Assembly: GCA_016839785.1 (NCBI GenBank)
Contig: JAEOTQ010000138.1
Span: 1 to 27,523, forward strand
Length of the DNA stretch: 27,523 bases
Direction of reading: 5' to 3'
Source: Candidatus Hodarchaeota archaeon
Lineage (GTDB): Archaea; Asgardarchaeota; Heimdallarchaeia; Hodarchaeales; Hodarchaeaceae
Within the stretch, counting starts at the first letter, position 1; the number at the start of each line of letters is the position of its first letter. Positions 17,665 through 26,900 of this stretch are shown one piece after another. The notes under the pieces are model-generated. The model worked only from the letters and a program-made list of their open reading frames with translations. It was not told the DNA's origin and ran no database searches. The position numbers were made by a program, and so were the translations under genes.

Positions 17665-18741
17665 TCATTTAAATGGATCCATTACTACTTTGATTGCTCG
17701 TTTTTCATGAATTTCTATCATCCCTTTTTCCCAGTCACTCATATTGACACGATGTGTAATTATATTATTTTTGAGTTTGTTTTGAAGGTCTTTTGACTTT
17801 AGGAGTCCTTTCATAACTTGCCAAGTCTGAAACATACGTCTTCCTGCAATTCCGTATACTGCGGCACCTTTACTTATCATTAAAGAATTTATATCAAATT
17901 CTATCGATCCAGGAAAGAATCCTAGTAGCGAAACACGCCCACCATATGTTAAGGCTTCTAAACCATGTCTGAGGGCATAAATATTCCCAGACATCTCGAG
18001 AAGAACATCAACACCTACTCCGTCAGTAGCATCCTTAATAATTTTCGGAATTTTGTCCCCCTCTTCGCGAGCGTTAAGAACCATGTCTGCTCCAAGCTTT
18101 TTTGCAGTTTCCAATCGTAATAAATTATTTCCCCCTGCCGTTACAAATACTTGACCTGCTCCAAGCATTTTCACTACAGGTATAGCCATCAGACCAATAG
18201 GACCTGCACCGGTAATGAGAATATTTTTGCCAGCGATATCTTCAACATTATCTTTCGGTAAGATGGTATGGACCGCATTACCTAGAGGATCCTGGAGAGA
18301 CGCAATAGCAGGATCAAGATTATTATCATTCTTGACAGCATTTAATTCAGGAATAACTACATAATCTGCAAATATTCCATCTCTATCCACGCCGAAAATC
18401 TTAGTATTACTACAAATATGCATGCGATCACTCCTACATTGATAGCAGGTTCCACATGCTTCGTGACATTCCATTGAAACCTTGTCCCCTATCTGAAGGT
18501 TTTTTACATCAGGACCAATATCAACCACTTCAAGTCCCGCTTCATGTCCAGCAATAAAAGGAATAGTTGGAGGAAGACGTTTCTGAGCCCATTGATCATA
18601 CACCCACATGTGGTGGTCTGTACCACATATTGAAGCTACGTCAACTTTAAGTTTTACTTCATTACTGTGTCTAATAGCAGGTTCTGGAGTTTCTCGAATT
18701 TCGAATCCTTTCTCTTCCTTAATCTTCATGATGGCTTGCAA
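17665..18741 (-). CDS. tdh: Zn-dependent L-threonine 3-dehydrogenase (MDR family)
   Basis: SICGTDHH, GHE, structural-Zn motif CGTCYQC...C, IFGVDRDG, QDPLGNAVHT, GAGPIG, LLEMSG and YGIAGRRMFQTW. Confidence 0.9.
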   Translation of the reverse strand: MQAIMKIKEEKGFEIRETPEPAIRHSNEVKLKVDVASICGTDHHMWVYDQWAQKRLPPTIPFIAGHEAGLEVVDIGPDVKNLQIGDKVSMECHEACGTCYQCRSDRMHICSNTKIFGVDRDGIFADYVVIPELNAVKNDNNLDPAIASLQDPLGNAVHTILPKDNVEDIAGKNILITGAGPIGLMAIPVVKMLGAGQVFVTAGGNNLLRLETAKKLGADMVLNAREEGDKIPKIIKDATDGVGVDVLLEMSGNIYALRHGLEALTYGGRVSLLGFFPGSIEFDINSLMISKGAAVYGIAGRRMFQTWQVMKGLLKSKDLQNKLKNNIITHRVNMSDWEKGMIEIHEKRAIKVVMDPFK

Positions 18742-18916
18742 TTTCTAGTCATTCTCCAATTGGTTCTTAGACAAAGCATTTATTGAGTCGAATTTTGAAC
18801 TTTCTCACTTCTTCAAGATGCTAGCAAATTAAATAGTTCCATAGCTTAATCTTGACATTGGTTCTTGGAAAGTAATTCTTATTAATTCTGAACATTGGTA
18901 AGAAATAGGAGATTTA

Positions 18917-19369
18917 ATGAGATTTACACAAAAGCGTCCAATTTGTGGAAGTTCAGAAATCATTGGCCCTCATAAAGTTTATGGTTACTATGGTATTCGT
19001 ATTAGGGTATCAGGCTTCCAATCTGCCAAAATTAATGCTTTAACCTGTTTAATGTGCGGATACACTCAATTATATGCTGATAATCAAGATTTGCAAAAAA
19101 TTAAAGAAGAAGGTATAGAAGGAAGAATTCATGATCTATCTGAGGCTGAATTTGATGAATTCTGTCCGAGTTGTGGAGCGGTATTTGAAAATGGGTCGAG
19201 AAAATGTTCGAATTGTGGAAGAGTTGATATTCCAGACTTTGTATCAAAAAAACCACTGGATCCTCTCCAAATTCCTTGTGAGAATTGTGGATTAAGTTTA
19301 GATTTTGGTACCACCACTTGTCCAGCCTGCGGATTTAGAAAACCAGAATCACAAAATCGAGATTTATAA
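18917..19369 (+). CDS. Multi zinc-ribbon protein
   Basis: Five CxxC knuckles (CLMC, CPSC, CSNC, CENC, CPAC) plus an N-terminal RPIC half-site. AGGAG RBS upstream. Confidence 0.8.
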   Translation: MRFTQKRPICGSSEIIGPHKVYGYYGIRIRVSGFQSAKINALTCLMCGYTQLYADNQDLQKIKEEGIEGRIHDLSEAEFDEFCPSCGAVFENGSRKCSNCGRVDIPDFVSKKPLDPLQIPCENCGLSLDFGTTTCPACGFRKPESQNRDL

Positions 19370-19372
19370 GGA

Positions 19373-20281
19373 TTATTTCCCAGGACATAAGGGTTTGTTA
19401 CTAATTAAGAGCTCTGGATTTTTATTCCGAGTGTTGTTCATATCATTATATGTATTATATCCTAAGATATGGAATTGACTGAAGACCTCTCTGACAGTAG
19501 GAGTATCTCGATTCGATAATAACCAGTGCAATGAAAGATCTGATAAAAGCTCTTTTAACAAATAGATGTCTATTTGATTGAATTTTTTTCCATACAACGA
19601 TCCTTTCTGAGCAACATCATAATAAGGGGGATCCAAATAAAGGAAAGATCCATTTTTCTCTTCATTTCTAGATAATGAACCTATTATGTCTTCATAACCA
19701 AAATTAGTAATTTTTACCCTTTTTTCCTGAAAAATCCTATAGATAATATGCCAAATACTCGGTTTATTCTCATACCACTTTCGGTGAGCTTTTGCATTAC
19801 TATAACCACCTCCAGCTCCATTAGGGGAGCAATTAAGAATAACTAATCTCCTTATCGCGCGTTCTAAAGTTGTTGCTGGGTTTGACTCTTTCCATTGATA
19901 ATAATCATCCTTTTCGATAGGTTCTAATGATTTGACAAATTCTATGAGTTTCTCTAATAACGAAAAGTCGTTTAAACAGGATAAAAGCGCAAATATTTCA
20001 GGATCTTTATCATTTAACCAAACTTGTGATACTCGTGGAGATATTGTAATGAATACATTACCTAAACCCGCAAAAGGTTCCACAAAATAATGAATTTTCT
20101 TCGGAATCGATAAGTATAGTGGGAGATGTTTTTTCTTATCACTCTTGCCTCCAGGAAAACTAGCAATGGTGGTACGTTTTGGAAAAAACAGTTGTTCATC
20201 AGATAAAGTTGAATTATCAGACCTTTTTTCCACATTTATAGACTCCAATCTTAGGTCGAGAATAGGAATACTATGGTGCAA
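19373..20281 (-). CDS. DNA N6-adenine methyltransferase, Dam/D12 class
   Basis: FPGGKS, FVEPFAG (motif I), LNDKD, YLDPPYY (motif IV), WLLSN and ELLISN. The start is uncertain and could be an internal GTG near 20233. Confidence 0.88.
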   Translation of the reverse strand: MHHSIPILDLRLESINVEKRSDNSTLSDEQLFFPKRTTIASFPGGKSDKKKHLPLYLSIPKKIHYFVEPFAGLGNVFITISPRVSQVWLNDKDPEIFALLSCLNDFSLLEKLIEFVKSLEPIEKDDYYQWKESNPATTLERAIRRLVILNCSPNGAGGGYSNAKAHRKWYENKPSIWHIIYRIFQEKRVKITNFGYEDIIGSLSRNEEKNGSFLYLDPPYYDVAQKGSLYGKKFNQIDIYLLKELLSDLSLHWLLSNRDTPTVREVFSQFHILGYNTYNDMNNTRNKNPELLISNKPLCPGK

Positions 20282-20285
20282 ATTA

Positions 20286-20735
20286 TCAAGTAAAATTCAC
20301 CTTTATATTCTTAAATTTATCTTCTAGGCCAGTTGTAAATTGACTGAACTGTTTTAATTCCTCAATTTCATTAATTCTAACTGCACGGAAAAATTGATAC
20401 AAAAGTTGTCTGGGATATGGATCAATAACTCCATGACCTTTACGTTTCTGAAGTTCTGCCTTCATTCCACTCCACATATGCCTCCCCTCTTTATCAAAAT
20501 CCAAAAGTAATATGATCACTTGAAAAGAGTAAATTTGATCTGCAATACTGGTCAATGAAATACCTTTTCTTGCCAGTATCTTACCTTGGATTAGTTTGAT
20601 ACCTATTGCATCCAAAGCTTCAATGTCTCGGTTTCCTTCGACTACTAGAACAACAGGTTCAGTGATCGTGTTACAATATTTAATAAAATGAAGCAATAAA
20701 TCCAGAGGGACTTTAGTGGACGGTTTCATTTTCAT
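20286..20735 (-). CDS. Stand-alone TOPRIM-domain protein (small primase-like/RNase M5-like)
   Basis: VLVVEGNRDIEAL and ILLLDFDKEGR give the E and DxD motifs; ends with EIEEL. Confidence 0.85.
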   Translation of the reverse strand: MKMKPSTKVPLDLLLHFIKYCNTITEPVVLVVEGNRDIEALDAIGIKLIQGKILARKGISLTSIADQIYSFQVIILLLDFDKEGRHMWSGMKAELQKRKGHGVIDPYPRQLLYQFFRAVRINEIEELKQFSQFTTGLEDKFKNIKVNFT

Positions 20736-20743
20736 TAAAATAT

Positions 20744-22267
20744 TTATTCCCTGGCTAGAAGCATACCCTCTATAGTGACTGGTAAATCTCCCTTAGTTAA
20801 TTCAGCTTGTGCTGCTGTTAGTTTCGTATCATTAGACGCGTGTAACGTAAACAAAGGCTCACCCCGTTTAACAGAATCTTTCTTTTTATGGAAATATATC
20901 CCAGCACGTTTATCCATAGGAGCTCCAGCGGCACGCGCAGCTCGTCCTATCACTTTATTATTAATTTCAACAACGTAACCACTTTGAGGAGCTAAATAAT
21001 CATATGTTGCTGATCCTACTTCAATATCTTCGGGCTTCAGGTTTGAATCAGCATTTTGGGCTCCAATTATTTCCTGGAATTTTTGATAGGCCTTTCCTGA
21101 ATTCAAAATATCATATGCCATTTCTTGGCCAGAACCGACAATTGCTTTTCCAGCCATTTCTAAGAGAATTCCTGCTAAGGAGGTACTTTTTCCAACTAAG
21201 GAATGAGGAGCCTCTAAAGGATGCATTAAGCTAGTTAATGCTTCTCGAGCTTCTAAAGCGGGGCCGATGGCGTTACCAACAGGTGAACTACCATAAGTTA
21301 TACCACTTTCAATACGAATTCCCACTAAACGACCCAATTCAGCAAACCGATGAGCGATACGTTTACCATCATCTAAATTGGGAACTTTTGTACCGTACCC
21401 AGTGGGAATGTCTAAAACAAGAAATTTCACTCCCATAGCGACTTTTTTGGAAATTACAGAAGCCATCATCATTGGCTCAGGGTCAATGCCTAGAGGGTAC
21501 TGAACATCACGGATGATTTTTTCGTCAGCTGGAACAATATTTAAACCACCAGTCCAAGCTACTAGCCCCCCAACGTTATGGGCAATATCTACCATTTCAT
21601 CAATGGTGAATTCAATGTCACATCCAAGAGCTTCCATAGTATCCGCTGTTCCAGAGGGACTAGTGATAGCACGTGAGGAAGTTTTTGGGATAGTCAACCC
21701 AACAGCAGCGATTATAGGAACAACAAGGAGCGTAACCTTATTTCCTGGAACTCCACCTAAAGAATGTTTATCGAAAATTACTGTTTCGCCCCAATTAATC
21801 ATTTGCCCTGAGTGAGCCATTGCATTGGTGAGACATTCAATCTCTCCAATACTCCACTCTTGAAGCATTTGGGAGGTAAGAAATACAGACACTTCAAGGG
21901 GGGTCATATTGTCGAGAGTGATGTCACTAATAATCTGGTCTATTTCATTCTTTGTGAACATTCTGCCAGGTTGAGCTATTCGCTGTTTAATAATCGAAAA
22001 ACTTTTTGATATCGTTCTCCCGATTGATTGTAGTTTCACCATCTCGCCTTCTGCTACACCAAGCTTATTCATCATAACTTGTGACAGAGCTATTTCATTT
22101 TCTTCCAAAAAACATTTTAATTTGAAAACTTGCCCAACTTTTTCTTCTGTCCCTTTAAAAGATAATATAAACTTTGCTTGTGTAACTATTTGCTGATTAT
22201 TATTAGTTGAAATGATTACGGTATCTCTTGGATCAATTTTTGATGTTACTACTTTGAATTCTGGCAT
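20744..22267 (-). CDS. AMP (nucleoside 5'-monophosphate) phosphorylase, thymidine phosphorylase family
   Basis: DKHSLGGVPGNKVT, PKTSSRAITSPSGTADTME and ARAAGAP, with an N-terminal extension of about 80 aa typical of archaeal AMP phosphorylase. AGGTGA RBS. Confidence 0.93.
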   Translation of the reverse strand: MPEFKVVTSKIDPRDTVIISTNNNQQIVTQAKFILSFKGTEEKVGQVFKLKCFLEENEIALSQVMMNKLGVAEGEMVKLQSIGRTISKSFSIIKQRIAQPGRMFTKNEIDQIISDITLDNMTPLEVSVFLTSQMLQEWSIGEIECLTNAMAHSGQMINWGETVIFDKHSLGGVPGNKVTLLVVPIIAAVGLTIPKTSSRAITSPSGTADTMEALGCDIEFTIDEMVDIAHNVGGLVAWTGGLNIVPADEKIIRDVQYPLGIDPEPMMMASVISKKVAMGVKFLVLDIPTGYGTKVPNLDDGKRIAHRFAELGRLVGIRIESGITYGSSPVGNAIGPALEAREALTSLMHPLEAPHSLVGKSTSLAGILLEMAGKAIVGSGQEMAYDILNSGKAYQKFQEIIGAQNADSNLKPEDIEVGSATYDYLAPQSGYVVEINNKVIGRAARAAGAPMDKRAGIYFHKKKDSVKRGEPLFTLHASNDTKLTAAQAELTKGDLPVTIEGMLLARE

Positions 22268-22278
22268 TCTTTCACCTA

Positions 22279-22319
22279 AGTCTCGTTCCCAAGATATCTC
22301 CTTTCGCGAGATGGGGACT
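22279..22319 (-). promoter_or_regulatory. Possible structured 5' leader (GAAA-capped stem-loop) of AMP phosphorylase
   Basis: The minus strand reads AGTCCCCATCTCGCGAAAGGAGATATCTTGGGAACGAGACT with nested complementary segments. It lies between a TTTATA box (22338-22343) and the AGGTGA RBS. Confidence 0.35.
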
Positions 22320-22514
22320 ATGCACTCTTCTTTGTAGTATAAATATTTAGTCCTTTTTCAACGAAAATTATTTGGATTAGAGAGGGTTTAAGGTTTATTA
22401 GGAAAGAGACATAAGCTGAATAAACCATGTTGGAATCTAATTCAGGTGAAATATTATTTTCGTGTGAAGTAATGTAAAAAAGATAAGAAAAAATTACAGA
22501 GGAAGAAGATTACA

Positions 22515-23804
22515 TTATTCCTCTGGTTCTTTCTTCATTTTGACAACCATTTGAAAATTCTGAGCTAGTGAATCATAAAAATCGATCAATGTCTCTAAAT
22601 CATCTGCCATCAAGCTACCCCCACGACCCATTTCACCAATTTTACGTAACATTAACCGATCCGCTTCACCTAAACCAATTGCATAGAGGACTACTTCTGG
22701 GTATTGTTCGACATGTTGCTTTACAATTGGAATGGGGTTTACTCCAAGTCCATTTCCCTTATTGGGGTTGCCATCGGTTAGAACAATAATCATTGTAGGA
22801 TTCTTCTTCTGAATTGTAGGATTATCGTCGAAGTTGTCAATGCTTTTGTATGCTTGGTCGAGTGCTCCACTCAAAAACGTTAAACCAGTGCTTTCTGCGG
22901 TTTTTTGGACAACATGATCAATTATACTTTCAATTCCTGCTTTTTTTGTCTCACCAACACAAGAGATGACATTTGAATCTCCGAGGGTGTATTTCTCCAC
23001 CTCACCTGAGAAAGTCACTAACTGAATTTGCTCACCCCATCCTTTAGCAATCTTAAGTGACATGAATAACATTATAGCCATAGCAGCGGCATCAACCCTG
23101 GACACTTTCTTCCCATCCTGAAATTTCTCAATGAACAGATTCAACTCATCTGATTCATCTAAACCTTTCTTTAATCCTTCTAATGCACCACTAATATTTT
23201 TAACTTTCATATCCTTTTTTGACATACTTCCTGATACATCAAGGACTAAAACAGCGTTGAAACTCATCTCAGTAAATGGAATGATGTTAATTTCCACTTC
23301 CCGCCCAGTTGGATCAACAATTCCGATATCTTCATCAGGAATCGGGGGGTCTGCTCCAAGAAATCTTACAGTTAGATTTCCAATTGGGCAATCTTCCCAA
23401 GCAATTTGCAGATTGTTGAATACGGGACGGTTTTTGAGCAATGTTGACAACTGTTCAAATTCAGTTGCGATCCACAAGATAGCTTCTTCAACTTCTTGTC
23501 CTGCAAGAGGCTCTATACCTAGTTTAATCGATTTAATACCTGCTGTAGCTTTAACTGCTTCAACTTCGACTGCATCCCCATCGGAAATGTTCGCTGAAGA
23601 GAGAACACTACCATCTACCGCAATTGTTCCCTGTTCCACTTCATCCGAAGAAAGAATTTGCACAGCACCCCAATCCTCCCATTCTGTAACCATTTTAACA
23701 TAATCGAATTCATTAATGGCTAGTTTTTCAATATCAAGAGTGTGGAGATAAGCTCTCCCTTCAATATTTCCTACATTTACAACATTCAGCGGAATTTTGG
23801 TCAT
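22515..23804 (-). CDS. Cdc48/p97 N-domain (double-psi barrel plus CDC48_2-like subdomain) fused to a vWA domain; no AAA ATPase
   Basis: GRAYLHTLDIEKLAINEFDYV...GTIAVDGSVLSSANISDGDAVEVE and LKNRPV...RFLGADP follow the Cdc48 N-domain pattern. The vWA MIDAS is present: LVLDVSGSM, TGLT, IIVLTDG, plus YAIGLG. AAGGAG RBS. Confidence 0.82.
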   Translation of the reverse strand: MTKIPLNVVNVGNIEGRAYLHTLDIEKLAINEFDYVKMVTEWEDWGAVQILSSDEVEQGTIAVDGSVLSSANISDGDAVEVEAVKATAGIKSIKLGIEPLAGQEVEEAILWIATEFEQLSTLLKNRPVFNNLQIAWEDCPIGNLTVRFLGADPPIPDEDIGIVDPTGREVEINIIPFTEMSFNAVLVLDVSGSMSKKDMKVKNISGALEGLKKGLDESDELNLFIEKFQDGKKVSRVDAAAMAIMLFMSLKIAKGWGEQIQLVTFSGEVEKYTLGDSNVISCVGETKKAGIESIIDHVVQKTAESTGLTFLSGALDQAYKSIDNFDDNPTIQKKNPTMIIVLTDGNPNKGNGLGVNPIPIVKQHVEQYPEVVLYAIGLGEADRLMLRKIGEMGRGGSLMADDLETLIDFYDSLAQNFQMVVKMKKEPEE

Positions 23805-23909
23805 CGTAAAGTCTCCTTACTAAATTTATCCTTTATTATTTCAGTCTAGATTGTTTTTCCCTTTAAAAATTAAATCCTTTGAGATGAACGAACATTATGA
23901 TATCAATTT

Positions 23910-26900
23910 TTATAAATCCAAGTTCTTTCTTTTTTCGAAAGTAGATTTCGTAGTTAATCCGTACACCCCGATTGGCTCGGATAATAAGTGCATTGGAAGA
24001 ATACCTTTTTCAGTACGGATTTGAGCATCAAAGATTAAGTATCCACACTTTTTGGGTGTTTTAAATTTTACAGTCGGTGCACTAAACTCATCCCCTTTAT
24101 CTATATACCGTTTTAATTGTAAACTGGTTAATTTTTTTGTCTCACCTTGAGGGAAAGTGTTTACATATATTGCGATACTAACAGGTGGAAGAGATCTAAG
24201 AAAATGAAATACAAAATCAACAGCATAATGAGTTTTTGGTTCTACACCCTGCCACAAATCATTTTTTGATCCAGCCCGCGTAACAAATGACCAATCAACC
24301 ACTATTTCGCGCAAAACAGGAACATGTATACTTTTAAAAGCTCTATTTTTCTTTAAAAGTCCTGTGGTTATACGGGCTAGAATATAGAAGGAACTATGCT
24401 GATAATCTATTGATAAATCAATACTTCGTGCGAATTCAAATGAGGCACGTGGTTTTAGAGTAAATTTTTCTTCATAAATTACGATAGGTGTTGAGGAAGC
24501 CTGTGTAGCCAATAATAATGTTAGATCTCCCCTTTCTTCTTTCTTTGAATCATTGGTTGCTTTGTAAATGCACTCTACAGATCCAAAATTACTCGTGATA
24601 TAGAATTCTTTAGGCGAAATACTAATTTCATCTTTACGCTCAACTGTAAAGACAAAATTTTTTGGTAATAATCGATGATTTGTAGAAGTGACTGCTTCTA
24701 CTCGAAGCTTTAACTTCCCATATAATTCTCCTAAACTGATAGAACAAGGGATTCTAACCATTTGACGCTTTTCAAGTCTTGAAATATCCACAAACGTCCT
24801 TAAAGTGGCTATTTCATTATTTGTTTGATTATCATAAAATCTCAGTGTTATTGGGTTGTTGCGGAATTGATACATGACTTTTTTAATATCGCTAAATGAG
24901 AATTCAATATAGCCAAATAACTCGGGACCAGATATTAGTGCTGGAAAGACCGCAGTCTGCTTTTTTGGAAAAGGTTTGAACTTAGACTCTTCTTCTTTGA
25001 GATGTTCTCGGAAGAACACGACTCGCTTTGCTTCTATTTCCTGGCGTCGTGTACGCATGATATTTGCAATTTTGGAATTAATTTTTTGGTACTTCGGTTC
25101 AATCTCAATCATAGGTGAATAGATTTCGAGATCCTCATTTTCATCAAATGCAGAAATCACCTGTTTTTCTTCTACTTTTACCACTTGTTGTGGTATAGTC
25201 ACTGGTTCTTTCTTTGCAGCTTTTGGTTTAGCTCCAACTTCTACAGGCTTTTTAGGTTTTGGAGATTCAGGTGGTTTTGTTTTTTTACTTGGAACTTTTT
25301 TCTTGGGTGGAGTTTTTCTTGGAACTACAGCAGGTTCTTTTTTTGGTATTTCTGTAACAGGTTTCTCTTTAGGAGCCACAGGTTTCTTTTTCTTTCGTTT
25401 TTTAGGTATCGGGCTTGGTGTACTCTTAAATTCCTGCCGTGTTGCAATATCTTGTTTTAGGAGTTGGGTTAAGTTCTGTTGTTGTTCATCAACCTCTATA
25501 AAAGAGTCAGGAGGATTTTCAACAAGGAACGAAGAAAAATCACCTGCAACCTGAGGAGGATAGGTGAGTTTTTCGGTGTAATACACTTCTTTAAGAAATT
25601 CATTCATATTTTGACCTTTGTCTGTATAGAGAGAGAAAAGATAATCACATACTGAAAATGGGGGAGCAAATTTTTTCGATCCTAAGACTGGTAGAAGGAT
25701 TTGGTCTAAATATGCGGAGTTAAATTCCAGTAATTCGTCTTCGATGTAAATTAGTAAAGCTAACACTGAATGCATTAATTTGGAAGCTTTAACTCCATTT
25801 TCAATATCGTAATTATAAAACCAAGCAAATTCTCCTGTTAGATTCTCATCCCTGGTAAATTGGGCTAATAGTCCAAATTGAACAGCTTTTCTGCGATTTT
25901 CGTACAAGCTCAGGGAAGATACCGTCGGTACTGGTTTTTTTTGTTTAATTAACTCTTTTGTTTTTTGAGCGAGGGCTTGTATCAGTAATACCATAGCTAA
26001 TCGATTTTCCCTCCAAGGTTGTGCATCAAAAAATCTGAGCTCTATAGTCGAGTAATCTGTATAAGGAAAAAGATCAATCATTCGATCTTCAGGTGGAACT
26101 TTCTTTATTGCACGGGCAAAGTCTTCTCGTGTGGTCATATCATCTATAATAGGTAAATATTGAGGAATATTTGGTCCCATTTGGCCCGTATTATTAGCTA
26201 GTCGATATGAATGAATTCCCCTACTGATTACTTGTTTTTTCCCATCTTTTTCCTTAACAATTATTTTACCGCTGGGTTTTTGATTGAGAAAAGGAGAGGT
26301 AGAACTTAATGCAATTAAATGTGGAATGTAGTTCCGAAGCATATTGTACACAGGTGCTCGAAAAAATGAAGGGATTCCAATATGATGATGTTCCCCACAT
26401 GTTAAACCACTCCGTACCCGTTTTTCCATGGGATTTAAACCTATAGGTAATAGAGTAAATTTGTTTTTTACTTTTGATAAGCCATGTGCGGCAGCTGCGT
26501 ACAGAGAATCAATCCAAAATGCAATTTCTTCAAGATACTCACAGGGAGGGGTCACTAATTCCAATAACCAAGTTATTTGGGATATATTAGGGTCAGGGCC
26601 AAATACATTGACTCGTACCGTTCTTTTACCTAACCGATAATGAATAAAAATGAAGTTTAACCGTTTTTCCCTTTTTATTTCTTCAGTTACTTCAATCTTG
26701 ACGATTTTTTTTGCGATTGTCTTTGGGGTGTGTTTTGCTTTTTTCAAACGTTCAAGGTACTTAGCTGCTTCAGCAAACATCTCGTCCCATGTACTTAACA
26801 ATTCATTTCCTACAAGTACCTCTCCTGTAGCAATATCCACAAGGTGATTTTCAACTTCAATCCCATGGGAGAAGAATAATGGGGTCTCCAATAAATAGTC

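Noticed and set aside
18729-18760. Out-of-frame ATG at 18752 upstream of tdh; one extra A would give MTRKLQAIMK, suggesting a frameshift
   Set aside because: The in-frame TTG at 18741 already gives a full-length protein with GGAG at a usable distance, so no frameshift is needed.
19373-20735. Possible restriction-modification or defence island
   Set aside because: No endonuclease, specificity subunit, integrase or flanking repeats were seen, and the neighbours are housekeeping genes.
25381-25406. PKKRKKKKP in the ligase linker resembles an SV40-type nuclear localisation signal
   Set aside because: Such a run is expected by chance in a K/P-rich low-complexity linker, and the context is prokaryotic.
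1337-26847. Many short ORFs in the track that overlap longer genes (e.g. 4949-5212, 7668-8012, 11336-11614, 21513-21815, 23131-23703, 25185-25554)
   Set aside because: They are antisense or out-of-frame shadows of well-supported genes, with no motifs. Their odd compositions mirror the codon bias of the real gene.
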